NCBI GenBank assembly: GCA_034421575.1
Contig: DAOUKG010000049.1
Coordinates: 31,928-95,927 of the forward strand
Length of the DNA stretch: 64,000 bases
DNA from: Dehalococcoidia bacterium
Lineage (GTDB): Bacteria > Chloroflexota > Dehalococcoidia > Lucifugimonadales > VXLM01
Direction of reading: 5' to 3'
The position numbers and the translations under genes are program-made. Shown piece after piece: positions 46,427-55,425 of this stretch. Within the stretch, counting starts at the first letter, position 1. Each line of letters opens with the position of its first letter. The notes beneath the pieces were generated by a model. That model ran no database searches and was not told where the DNA came from. It was given only the letters and a program-made list of their open reading frames with translations.

Positions 46427-47299
46427 CTACACAACCAGCCCCGCCGTCTCCACAGCCTCCCGCAACTCGCGGTACGTGAACTCGCTCGGCGGCACATCGG
46501 GATGCCGCACGTTCACCGACGAGAACACCCCACGCAGCCGCAGCGTCTCCTTGACGAGGTGCAGCGACGACGGCCCCGCTCCCTGCGTCATCACCCGCAA
46601 CAGCGGCGTCATGCGATTGAACGCCTCCACGGCTCCCGCATCGTCGCCCGACTGATACAGGTCCCACACCGCGCGAAACAGATCGGGGAACGCCGCGTGC
46701 GGCATGATCCCCACCGAACCACGCCGCATCTCCTCAACGAAGAACGACCCACCCGCACCACCAAACACCGTGAGCGCGTCGCCGCCCTCCTTCACGAACC
46801 CCGCAATGCTCGCCGGCGTCGGCGGGTTCTCCGCCTTGATGTACTGAACGCCCTCGATCTCCCGGGCCATCTCTCCCGCCAGCGCGGGCGACACCGCCGC
46901 CGTTGGCACGTCCTGGATGAAGATCGGTATGGTCGTCGCGTCCGACACCCGGCGGTAATACTCCTTCGTAACATCCGCAGAAACACCCACCGGCGGCGTG
47001 ACCATCGAGGCGTCCGCGCCGAGCTCCTCAGCCCGCCTGCTGTACTGGACGGTCACAGCCGTACTGGGCGCTCCCGTGTTCACCACCACGGGCACTCTGC
47101 CCGCCGCCTGCTCGACCACCGTCCGCGTCGCCACGTCGCGCTCCGCCTCCGACAGCTTCACCACCTCGCTCGCAAACGCGATCCCAACCCCATGCACACC
47201 GTTCTCGATGACGAAGTCCACCTCCCGCCGCAGGTTATCCTCATCGATCCGGTCAGAGTCGTCGAACGGCGTCGCAAGGATGGGAAACAGGCCCTTCAT
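46427..47299 (-). CDS. dihydrodipicolinate synthase family protein
   Basis: MKGLFPILATPFDDSDRIDEDNLRREVDFVIENGVHGV is the typical DHDPS/NAL family N-terminus. Starts at ATG 47299. Confidence 0.85.
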   Translation of the reverse strand: MKGLFPILATPFDDSDRIDEDNLRREVDFVIENGVHGVGIAFASEVVKLSEAERDVATRTVVEQAAGRVPVVVNTGAPSTAVTVQYSRRAEELGADASMVTPPVGVSADVTKEYYRRVSDATTIPIFIQDVPTAAVSPALAGEMAREIEGVQYIKAENPPTPASIAGFVKEGGDALTVFGGAGGSFFVEEMRRGSVGIMPHAAFPDLFRAVWDLYQSGDDAGAVEAFNRMTPLLRVMTQGAGPSSLHLVKETLRLRGVFSSVNVRHPDVPPSEFTYRELREAVETAGLVV

Positions 47300-47318
47300 G
47301 GTTTGGGATGTCAATGGC

Positions 47319-48530
47319 CTACCTCGTCGAACCATCGGTTGTTCGGCTGCCGGCTGACTCCAAGAACATGTACAGCGGATAAAGCTCGTTGACGAATCTG
47401 TAAGCGCCCCGTCCCGCCTCCAAGTCCTGCTCGACTATACCCAATTCTCGGAGACGTCGAAGCAGATTGTCGAAAACCCTACTTTCGTTTTCGTCCAAGC
47501 GGCGCATGACTTCACTCCTGGTAAACTCGGAAGGAGACACTGCCGGGATCATCTTTCGGACGATAGACCGGTAGCGGGTGCTCCGAACTGCGCGATAAAA
47601 GGCGGGATCAAGGTACTTCGTTCCTACGTTTTCGGCCGCTAGCACCAGGCCGCTCATCGCGTCCTGCTTTCGTACCGCACTGCCGGAACTCTTCCAAAAC
47701 ACCGAGTCTCCGATCTCCTGCATCAATATCGGGAGCCCGCTGGAGTAGGTAACCATAAGGCCCAAAGCATCCTCTTCGATTTTCATTCCTGCTTCGTCAA
47801 ACGCCCTAATAAAGAAATCCCGGACTTCCTCGTTCGTCAGCCTCGGGATGTCAACTGTCTGGAATACCCTCATGAGGGAAGGCTGGGCGGCAGCTAAAGC
47901 ATCCTTCTTCTCAACCGTGCCGCTGACCATTACCAGCACCGGGAAAGGCCCAAAGTGCGTGGCTACGCTGTCGGCGAACGACTTATACCAGTTCGCAAAT
48001 TCCGGTGTGTCGGCTAGACCGTTGATGTCGTCGAGAATGACAAGCAAACCCGAGCGATTCTCCGATATGGTTGCTACCAGATTGCCAAGAGCATCTGGGA
48101 AGTTTCTTGCAAGTCCGGTCAGCTCCTCTCTCGGTGCGTCAAAGGTGACTGACACCCCGAAGAGTCCGATCTGCTTGATCCGGTCACCGAACAGTTCTAC
48201 AACTCGCTCGAACCAGTCTTGGTGACGTGATTCCCGCAGAACTTCCTCTAGAACGTGCCGTACAAGCTCTTCCAGAGACGTGACCCCACCGAGGTACGTG
48301 TGGATCCCCAGCATGTTGTTCCGGCTGATTGCGATTTGACGAAGATAGGACGCGAACGAACTCTTCCCAATTCCTCTGTCACCGCTTAAGAAGACACTCT
48401 GTAATCTGCCCGTTGCGGCCTGATCAATATGCCGAGCTACTTGTTGGAGTTGCTGCGACCGCCCAACGAATAACTCGATCGGCACCGGACTGCCCGGAGT
48501 AAAGGGGCTGTTTTCAGGTTTCGTGTTCAT
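47319..48530 (-). CDS. AAA+ ATPase (Orc1/Cdc6-like or archaeal-ATPase type) with C-terminal winged-helix
   Basis: FVGRSQQLQQV...VFLSGDRGIGKSSFASYL (Walker A), LLVILDDIN (Walker B), and a C-terminal RLRELGIVEQ wHTH-like segment. It is visibly more AT-rich than its flanks. Confidence 0.75.
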   Translation of the reverse strand: MNTKPENSPFTPGSPVPIELFVGRSQQLQQVARHIDQAATGRLQSVFLSGDRGIGKSSFASYLRQIAISRNNMLGIHTYLGGVTSLEELVRHVLEEVLRESRHQDWFERVVELFGDRIKQIGLFGVSVTFDAPREELTGLARNFPDALGNLVATISENRSGLLVILDDINGLADTPEFANWYKSFADSVATHFGPFPVLVMVSGTVEKKDALAAAQPSLMRVFQTVDIPRLTNEEVRDFFIRAFDEAGMKIEEDALGLMVTYSSGLPILMQEIGDSVFWKSSGSAVRKQDAMSGLVLAAENVGTKYLDPAFYRAVRSTRYRSIVRKMIPAVSPSEFTRSEVMRRLDENESRVFDNLLRRLRELGIVEQDLEAGRGAYRFVNELYPLYMFLESAGSRTTDGSTR

Positions 48531-48549
48531 TGTCTCGTCGAATCAATAC

Positions 48550-49299
48550 CTAGTACGTCGCCCGTCCGCCGCTGATGTCGAACACCGCGCCCGTGCTGAA
48601 CGAGCATTCCTCCGACGCCAGCCACGCGACGAGCGCCGCGACCTCCGACACCTCGCCCGTGCGCCCCATGGGTATCTTGGAGATCATGTAGTCTATGTGC
48701 TGTTGGGTTAGCTGTTCAAGGATGCGCGTCCGCACCACGGCCGGGGTGATGCAGTTCACGCGGATGCCGGTCGACGCAAGCTCCTTGCCGACGGACTTCG
48801 TCAGCCCGATTACCCCCGCCTTCGTCGCCGAGTAGGGCACCGCCTTCGGGTTGCCCTCCTTGCCCGCGATGGAAGCGATGTTGATGACCCGCCCGTAGTC
48901 CCGTTCGATCATGTGCGGAATCACGTAGTGGCAGAACGAGTACACACCCCGCAGGTTCGTCCGGTACACCCGGTCCATCTCCTCAAGCGGCAGCTCCCAG
49001 ACGCTCGCCGAATGGCCCGCGATCCCGGCATTGTTCACCAGGATGTCGATCCGTCCCCACCTGTCGATGGCCCGCTTGGCCGCCTGCTGCGCCGTCTCGT
49101 CGTCTCCCACGTCACCGAGCACGATTTCCGAGTCCACCCCCTGCTCCGCCAGCGCCTGCGAAGCCTGCTCGGCAACGTCGGCATTCATATCGACGATGGT
49201 GATCCTGGCCCCTTCGCTCCCAAGCCTCTGCGCTATCCCAAAACCCAGACCCTCGCCCGCACCCGTCACTATCGCTACCTGTTCGTCAAACCTAGACAT
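48550..49299 (-). CDS. SDR family oxidoreductase
   Basis: VAIVTGAGEGLGFGIA, NNAG and the YSATK catalytic motif. Confidence 0.9.
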   Translation of the reverse strand: MSRFDEQVAIVTGAGEGLGFGIAQRLGSEGARITIVDMNADVAEQASQALAEQGVDSEIVLGDVGDDETAQQAAKRAIDRWGRIDILVNNAGIAGHSASVWELPLEEMDRVYRTNLRGVYSFCHYVIPHMIERDYGRVINIASIAGKEGNPKAVPYSATKAGVIGLTKSVGKELASTGIRVNCITPAVVRTRILEQLTQQHIDYMISKIPMGRTGEVSEVAALVAWLASEECSFSTGAVFDISGGRATY

Positions 49300-49402
49300 C
49301 GATGCTCCTCAACTTAGAAATATTGACCATATCAGTCATTCCCGTGGAAGCGGGAATCCATCTCCCCCTCTGCGATCTCCGCGCCCTCTGCGGTGAGTCC
49401 TC

Positions 49403-50596
49403 TTACGTCGCCTCCGCCAAATACCTGCTCGCCGCCGATACCGCCGCTCCCTGCGCGACCTCGTATCCCTCGTCTGGCAAGATCCCCTCCAGCCCCGACA
49501 GCAGCGCCAGCAGGTACTCCGCCTTGCTTGACTCGCCCATCAGCCCTATCCGCCACACGTTCCCGTCGAACGGCCCGAAGCCCTTGCCAATCTCTATCGT
49601 GTGCTCCCTCAACAGACGCTGCCGCACCGTCGCGTCATCGACTCCGTCAGGTATCTTCACCGCCGTGATCTGGTCGAGCCGATTCGCCTCCGCCACCAGG
49701 AAATCGAGGCCCAACGCCGCGACACCCGCCCTGAGCGCAGCCGAGTTCCGCTGGTGACGCGCTATCCTGTCGTCGAGACCCTCTTCGAGCACGATCCGCA
49801 GCGCCTCGCGCAGTCCCAGGATCATGCTCACCGGGGCAGTGTGATGGTACACATGCTCGGGCCCCCAGTACTTAGCGATCAGCCCCAGATCGAGGTACCA
49901 CGATGGCGGCTTCGTCGTCCGGGACGCGATCACCTCCAGCGCTCTCGGCCCAACCGCCACCGGCCCTATTCCCGGCGGCGCGCCCAGGCATTTCTGGCTG
50001 CACGAGTAGGCGTAGTCGATTCCCGTCTCGTCGAAGGCAAACTCACTCCCGCCCAGCGACGTCACCGCGTCCACCATGAGCAGAGCGCCTTGTTCCTTCG
50101 CCATTCGTGCAATCTCATCCAACGGCTGCAGCACGCCGGTCGAGGTCTCCGCGTGGACCACCGCCACCAGCTTTACAGAGTCCTGCCGGTCCAGCTCCTC
50201 TGCCAGCATCTCCGGCGGGAACGGTTCACCCCACTCGCCTCGAAGGACCACGGCGTTGGCCCCAAGCCTCTCTGCCATGTCCGCCATCCGCTCTCCGAAG
50301 TACCCGCACGAGCAGATGACCACCGTATCGCCGGGTTCCAACAGGCTGTTCAGCCCCGCCTGCATTCCCGCGCTTCCCGTGCCAGGCAGCGCAATCGCAA
50401 GCCCCTCTTCCGTCCGAAACACCAGCCGCAGAAGCTGCGACAACTCGTCCAGCACGACCATGAACTCAGGATCGGCGTACCCGATCATCGGCGACATCAT
50501 CGCCTGCAGCACGCGCGGACTCGTGTTGCTCGGCCCCGGCCCCAGCAGAATTCTCGGCGGCATCACCGGCACCTTCGAATCGGGTAGGCTGCTCAT
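49403..50596 (-). CDS. alanine--glyoxylate / serine--pyruvate aminotransferase (class V)
   Basis: LLGPGPSNTSPRVLQAM N-terminus. SCSQKCLGAPPG contains the PLP lysine region. Confidence 0.9.
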   Translation of the reverse strand: MSSLPDSKVPVMPPRILLGPGPSNTSPRVLQAMMSPMIGYADPEFMVVLDELSQLLRLVFRTEEGLAIALPGTGSAGMQAGLNSLLEPGDTVVICSCGYFGERMADMAERLGANAVVLRGEWGEPFPPEMLAEELDRQDSVKLVAVVHAETSTGVLQPLDEIARMAKEQGALLMVDAVTSLGGSEFAFDETGIDYAYSCSQKCLGAPPGIGPVAVGPRALEVIASRTTKPPSWYLDLGLIAKYWGPEHVYHHTAPVSMILGLREALRIVLEEGLDDRIARHQRNSAALRAGVAALGLDFLVAEANRLDQITAVKIPDGVDDATVRQRLLREHTIEIGKGFGPFDGNVWRIGLMGESSKAEYLLALLSGLEGILPDEGYEVAQGAAVSAASRYLAEAT

Positions 50597-50692
50597 CTTC
50601 CATCACCTCATCGTCGCGGGAGTTGTCCCGTGCGCGCGCCGTATTATAGGTGACTCCCTGCTTCCTTCCAAGCCGCCACTCCCGTACGTCAT

Positions 50693-50818
50693 CAGGGCAA
50701 TCGCATTTCACACAGGGTCGGGCGTTGAGGGGCCTCCCAACCCCACCCGTCTGGACTCCGGCCTTCGCCGGAGTGACGATTGCTGGTGTTCCTATCAACT
50801 CTAAATGCGATTGCCCTG
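50693..50818. mobile_element. MITE-like element, 126 bp, with perfect 16-bp terminal inverted repeats (CAGGGCAATCGCATTT ... AAATGCGATTGCCCTG)
   Basis: TIRs read directly. A second copy lies at 24488..24640. Confidence 0.75.
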
Positions 50819-50928
50819 CCACCCCGCACCGTCAATCCGGCAGAGGCGGGAATCCAGAAATTCCTCGGCCAAGAAGTACCTAACGCTGGGCCGAACGAAG
50901 CCCCTATGCCCCTCATGTTTACCAACTT

Positions 50929-50958
50929 TTCACTTTTCAAGCCTTCTCCCGGTATAAT
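50929..50958 (+). promoter_or_regulatory. candidate promoter (TTCACT - 18 nt - TATAAT)
   Basis: A perfect TATAAT at 50953..50958, 34 nt upstream of the ATG at 50992. Confidence 0.45.
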
Positions 50959-50991
50959 CGAATGGTATCGTAACGTTAGAGACTGGACGCC

Positions 50992-52116
50992 ATGAAGCGA
51001 TTCATCCACATATCGGGTTTCGGCCTGCTGGCCCTCATGTCGCTTGCAGTTGTCTCCTGCGGCGGAGAGCCCGACACCCCTGCCGAGCAGCCGACCACCG
51101 TCGCCCAGACCGTCCCGACCGTCGCGCCTTCGCCCGTGCCGACCGATACGCCTGAACCGACGGCTACCACGGAACCGACGCCTCAGCCGCCGACCTCGAC
51201 CCCGGCTCCGGTCCCAACCCCAACGACGCCTCCAACACCTGAACCCACCGCAACGGAGGTACCAACCGCCACTGCGACGATGGTACCGACCTCCACGCCT
51301 ACGACGGTCCCGACGGCCACGTCAACTCCTGTCCCAACTCCGACCTATACACCCATTCCCACGGCAACATCCACGCCGGTGTCCGCTCTGACGGTCGTAC
51401 CAGCCACCACTTCAGGCAGCCAGGCCACAGCAGAGCCCACCCCAACAGCTACCGCTACCTTCATCCCAACGTTTACCCCCAGGCCCACTCGCACGCCAAC
51501 TCCAACGTTGACGCCCACGCCTACGATTACCCCAACTCCGCTGCCGCCGACTCCGACGCCTATCCCTCCGACTCCCACGAACACACCGGTGCCGCCGACG
51601 CCCACCTACACACCCGTCCCGCCGACCGCGACAGCCGTGCCGGAACCTGAGCCGACTCGGGCTGCAGTCACTGCCGAACCCGGCACGAATGTCGGCAATC
51701 TCGCCCCCGAATACGTCCTGAACATTGCGGGAGGCAACCAGGTGAGTTCCACCGACCTCGTGGCGCAGGGGAAGCCCGTCTTCATCCTGTTCCACGCAAC
51801 GTGGTGACCGGACTGTCGCGCCGCGTTGCGGGGCCTGACCGAAGTCTATCCGCCACTCAAGGATAAGGTGGCACTCTACGCCGTGGCCTTCAACGAGCCT
51901 CTCAGCGATCTGCAGGAATACCAGAACAACAGCGGTCATGCCGGTACGGTGGCCAAGGCTGTGGGGAACATGATCAGAGACTTCAGAGTGACGCAGCAGT
52001 CCACCAAGGTGGCCATCGACGGGAACGGTGTAATCATCTACCGTAGCGGCTACGGACGGGGCAGCGCGGCCGAGTGGGCCGCCGTCCTCCAAGAACTGGC
52101 CAACAGCGCGCAGTAG
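50992..52116 (+). CDS. TlpA/ResA-like thioredoxin-fold lipoprotein, predicted selenoprotein (TGA 51805..51807 read as Sec; active site W-U-P-D-C)
   Basis: ORFs 50992..51807 and 51826..52116 are in one frame, separated only by TGA. Lipobox LAVVSCGG. A Pro/Thr linker of about 200 aa. Then [12 protein letters not shown]-[TGA][10 protein letters not shown]...YAVAFNE...[19 protein letters not shown], a complete thioredoxin fold only if the TGA is decoded. Confidence 0.7.
51818..51834 (+). promoter_or_regulatory. candidate bacterial SECIS hairpin
   Basis: GCGCCGC-GUU-GCGGGGC, beginning 11 nt after the UGA. The loop starts with G about 20 nt from the UGA. The stem has one G.G mismatch. Confidence 0.4.
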
Positions 52117-52216
52117 GAGACGCTACACAATCATCGGTCAAACCGGCGAAGAGAAGTCACCCCGTACTCGATACGGGGCGGGAATCCACTAACAAGATCG
52201 TGGAGGTGACAACGTC

Positions 52217-52888
52217 ATGAATCGCGCAATCATCGTCCGATTGGTTATCGGCTCAATCATGGCACTTTCGCTGCTGACCGCTGTCGCATGCGGAAGCGGT
52301 TCGGATTCTTCCGACGAGTCTCAACCCTCCGATACGACTACGACCTCTCCTGCGCCTGCGCCTCCTCCGCCCGCAGCGCAGACTTCCCCGCCACCCGCAG
52401 CCGCGCCGCAACCAACTACTGCTCCTGCGCCCGCACCGTCCGAGGAAACCGTCCCCGTCGGACACCGTGTCGGCGACCGCGCGCCCGACTACATGCTGGC
52501 CCTCACCGGCGACCGGCAGGTCAACTCGACCGATCTCGTGTCCGAGGGGAAACCGGTATTCATCCTGTTCCACGCGACGTGGTGACCGGACTGTCGCTCC
52601 GCGTTGCGGGGCATAAGTTCAGTCTACCCGGCCTATGAGGACTCGGTTGACTTCTACGCGGTAGGTTTCAATGAGGGGTTGGATGTCCTATCGGCAGCCC
52701 AGGACAGAAACGGACATCCGGGAGAAGTGGCAAAGCCGAGCGATTCGATGCTAAAAGACTTCAATGTGACGCGCCAGTCCACTAAGGTAGGCATCGACGC
52801 GAACGGCATAATCGTCTACCGTGCCGGAATCGGCCAGGGTGATTCCAATGAATGGGAGGGTGTTCTCAAGGAGCTGGCGGCTAACTGA
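52217..52888 (+). CDS. TlpA/ResA-like thioredoxin-fold lipoprotein, predicted selenoprotein (TGA 52583..52585 read as Sec; W-U-P-D-C)
   Basis: ORFs 52217..52585 and 52604..52888 are in one frame. Lipobox LTAVACGSG. A short Pro/Ala-rich linker. Then [12 protein letters not shown]-[TGA]-PDCRSALRGI...YAVGFNE...STKVGIDANGIIVYRAGIG. GGAGGTGA lies upstream of the ATG. Confidence 0.7.
52596..52612 (+). promoter_or_regulatory. candidate bacterial SECIS hairpin
   Basis: GCUCCGC-GUU-GCGGGGC. Same hairpin as in the paralog, but the mismatch position is now a U.G wobble, giving 7 continuous pairs. Confidence 0.4.
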
Positions 52889-52905
52889 CGCCTTTGCCAA
52901 ACACC

Positions 52906-53871
52906 ATGACTGACACCCGCCTCAAATTCGTCGTACCCGGCGACAACCCGCCGCAGATTCAGGGATCGCCCCACCTCGACCGGCTCGATCCCTACGGCGA
53001 CGTCGATCTCTACCTCGACCGTCCTTCGAGCATGGAAGATCAGCTCGAACGCGCGCGTGACGCACACGTCATCATCAACACGCGTGGCGCAGTCAAGTGG
53101 CCCGCCGAGGCCCTACGCGCCCTGCCGGACCTGCGAATGATCGCCACCTGCTCCATCGGCGTCGACATGATCGACATCGAGGTCGCCCGTGAGCTCGGCA
53201 TCGTCGTCAGCAACCAGCCCGGACGCACCGCCCCCGTCGTCGCCGAGCACATCGTCGGCCTGATGTTCGCCGCCGCCAAACGCGCCGCCTTTCAGACCAT
53301 CGAGCTAAAGGCCGGTCGCTGGACCCTCATGCAGAACGTGACGCTCCAGGGCAGTACCATCGGCATCATCGGCACCGGCAACGTCGGACGCGAGGTAGCC
53401 CGCATCGCCAACGCCCTCGGCATGAGGTGTCTCGCGTGGACCTTCAACCCTTCACCTGAACGAGCCAAGGAACTCGGCGTCGAGTTCGTCGACCTCGACG
53501 ATCTGCTCAAGCAGTCCGACGTCGTCAGCCTTCACGTCCGCCTCAGCCCGGACAGCCACAACATCATCGGCGCCCGCGAGCTTGGACTGATGAAACCCGG
53601 CGCGATCCTCATCAACGGCGGACGCGGCGAGCTTGTCGACGAGACGGCCCTGGTCGACGCCCTCCAATCGGGACACCTTGCCGGCGCGGGCCTCGACGTC
53701 TTCTCCCAGGAACCTCTGCCCGCCGACCATCCCATCCTGGGCTGCGATCAGGTCGTCCTCACGCCCCACCTCGCCGACCAGACCCCCGAGGGCATCGAGC
53801 TCCTCAACGAGGGCGCAGTAACCAACGTCATCGCCTTCCTCGAAGGCCGCCCCAACAACGTCGTAACGTAA
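52906..53871 (+). CDS. D-isomer specific 2-hydroxyacid dehydrogenase (phosphoglycerate dehydrogenase-like)
   Basis: GSTIGIIGTGNVGREVARIA Rossmann motif, INGGRGELVDE and TPHLADQT. I prefer the ATG at 52906 over the TTG at 52894. Confidence 0.9.
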   Translation: MTDTRLKFVVPGDNPPQIQGSPHLDRLDPYGDVDLYLDRPSSMEDQLERARDAHVIINTRGAVKWPAEALRALPDLRMIATCSIGVDMIDIEVARELGIVVSNQPGRTAPVVAEHIVGLMFAAAKRAAFQTIELKAGRWTLMQNVTLQGSTIGIIGTGNVGREVARIANALGMRCLAWTFNPSPERAKELGVEFVDLDDLLKQSDVVSLHVRLSPDSHNIIGARELGLMKPGAILINGGRGELVDETALVDALQSGHLAGAGLDVFSQEPLPADHPILGCDQVVLTPHLADQTPEGIELLNEGAVTNVIAFLEGRPNNVVT

Positions 53872-53874
53872 GAG

Positions 53875-54260
53875 GGAAACCCTGAGCCTGTCGAAGGGCG
53901 CTTCGCGGGGAAACCGCCTCCCTTCCCTACTCTGCGCCCTCCGCGCTCTCTGCGGTGAACTCCCACGCTCCCCCGAGCATAGAAGCCCCGTTCACCCTGA
54001 GCCTGTCGAGGGGCACGCGCGGGGAAACCGCCTCTCTCCCTACTCTGTGATCTCCGCGCTCTCTGCGGTGAACTCCCCGGCTCCCCCGAGCTAGAAGCCC
54101 CGTTCACCCTGAGCCTGTCGAAGGGCACACGCGTGGAAACCGCCTCTCTCCCTCCTCTGCGCCCTCCGCGTTCTCTGCGGTGAACTCCCCGGCTCCCCCG
54201 AGCATAGAAGCCCCGCCTGTCGAAGGGTCGAACGGCTCAATGCCTGTGGTGAACTCCCCT
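53875..54260. repeat. tandem direct repeat, period about 113 bp, about 3.4 copies (reverse-complement relatives of the 6350..6790 modules)
   Basis: CCTGAGCCTGTCGA(A/G)GGGC recurs near 53881, 53995 and 54107. Each unit contains CTCCGCGCTCTCTGCGGTGAACTCCC. Confidence 0.9.
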
Positions 54261-54267
54261 GTTCCCC

Positions 54268-55425
54268 CTACGACTCCGTCCGACGTCGAAACGGCTGGTC
54301 CCTTCGATAGGTGGCGACCCGCCAGAGCCACTCCGCAGGCCCGAACAGGAATCGACTCAACCACACCTGCGACCACCACACCTGCAGCACCCACACCCCG
54401 ATCACGAACGCCAACACGACGCTTCTGCTCATGAAGTCGGCATCACCCAGCAATACTGTCAGAACGAGCACACCCAGCACCGTCTGAGACAGGTAGTTCG
54501 TCAGCGCCATCCTCCCGACTGCGCGTAGACGCTTCTTCAGCCAATTCTCCGCGCCATTGTTCCAGAGGATGATGAGGCTCATGTATCCCAGCGAGGCCGG
54601 AATCGTGCCCAGCGTGTTGGGAATCTGGCCGATGAAGGCGATCTCCCGCGAGTAGTCGTTCATCGCGGTAACGATGACGGCTGCGGCGGCAAGCGGCAGG
54701 CCGACGGCAAGCCCGACCACAGCGGTTCGGCGATATGTCCTGGCGGGCAGCCCGCCGTCCATAAAGCCGGCGCGATACAGGCCCGCGCCGACGAGGATCA
54801 GACCCAGTGCGCGTAGAAAGAACCCCAGCAGGAAGACTTGTGTAATGGCCTCGTCGTCCGCGGCCTCCCCGGGCGTCCAGAGACCGGATACTGATGCATC
54901 GGTCGTGTCGGCAATGCTCTGCGTGAGCAGCGTACTGCCAATGGACAGCAGAAACACGGCAACACCAAGGGAGATGAGCGCCCAGTTCGGCAGCTTTCGC
55001 AGGGCCAGCAGAAAGACCGATGATACGGCGTAAACCATGAGTATATCGCCGTCCCACAACTGGAAGTGGAGGAGACCGATTCCCAGCAGCAGCGCGTTTC
55101 GCCACAGGTTCAGGACGACTGCGCGTCTTCCTTTCTCGCTGGCACGGTCGATGAAGAGGATCATCCCCGCGCCGAACAGGAGCGAGAACAGTCCCATGAA
55201 CTTCTGGTCGACGAAGACCTCGCCGAGGATGCCCACGGTCCAGTCGAGCCATGTCTCCGAGCCGCCCGCGCTCAGATTGAAGTAAGACGCATCGCCAAGC
55301 CCGAACTGCACGGCGTTCATCAACAGAATGCCTAGCACCGAGACCCCGCGTATCAGGTCGAGGCTGGTTATCCGCCCCGACTCGCGTACCGGACCCGCTT
55401 CAGTGGTCTGAGAAGAAGTCGCCAA
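54268..55425 (-). CDS. DUF418 / YeiB-like membrane protein
   Basis: RITSLDLIRGVSVLGILLMNAVQFGL is followed by many TM helices. The longer ORF N-terminus runs through repeat modules. TTG 55425 (GAGGAA upstream) is a tentative start. Confidence 0.75.
   Translation of the reverse strand: MATSSQTTEAGPVRESGRITSLDLIRGVSVLGILLMNAVQFGLGDASYFNLSAGGSETWLDWTVGILGEVFVDQKFMGLFSLLFGAGMILFIDRASEKGRRAVVLNLWRNALLLGIGLLHFQLWDGDILMVYAVSSVFLLALRKLPNWALISLGVAVFLLSIGSTLLTQSIADTTDASVSGLWTPGEAADDEAITQVFLLGFFLRALGLILVGAGLYRAGFMDGGLPARTYRRTAVVGLAVGLPLAAAAVIVTAMNDYSREIAFIGQIPNTLGTIPASLGYMSLIILWNNGAENWLKKRLRAVGRMALTNYLSQTVLGVLVLTVLLGDADFMSRSVVLAFVIGVWVLQVWWSQVWLSRFLFGPAEWLWRVATYRRDQPFRRRTES

Noticed and set aside
51805-51807. 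TGA taken at face value as a stop, implying a truncated pseudogene or two separate small genes
   Set aside because: The same TGA occurs at the same catalytic codon in both paralogs. The downstream pieces lack RBSs and start codons at sensible positions, and they complete the thioredoxin fold. A conserved hairpin follows the TGA. Selenocysteine recoding is the simpler explanation, although it remains unproven without the sel genes.
53875-54260. 113-bp-period repeat array (and its 210-bp-period relative at 6350..6790) considered as CRISPR or as coding repeats
   Set aside because: The period is too long and there are no variable spacers. The ORFs across them (for example 53748..54128, 6387..6695, 6470..6802) have repeat-driven low-complexity translations on both strands.
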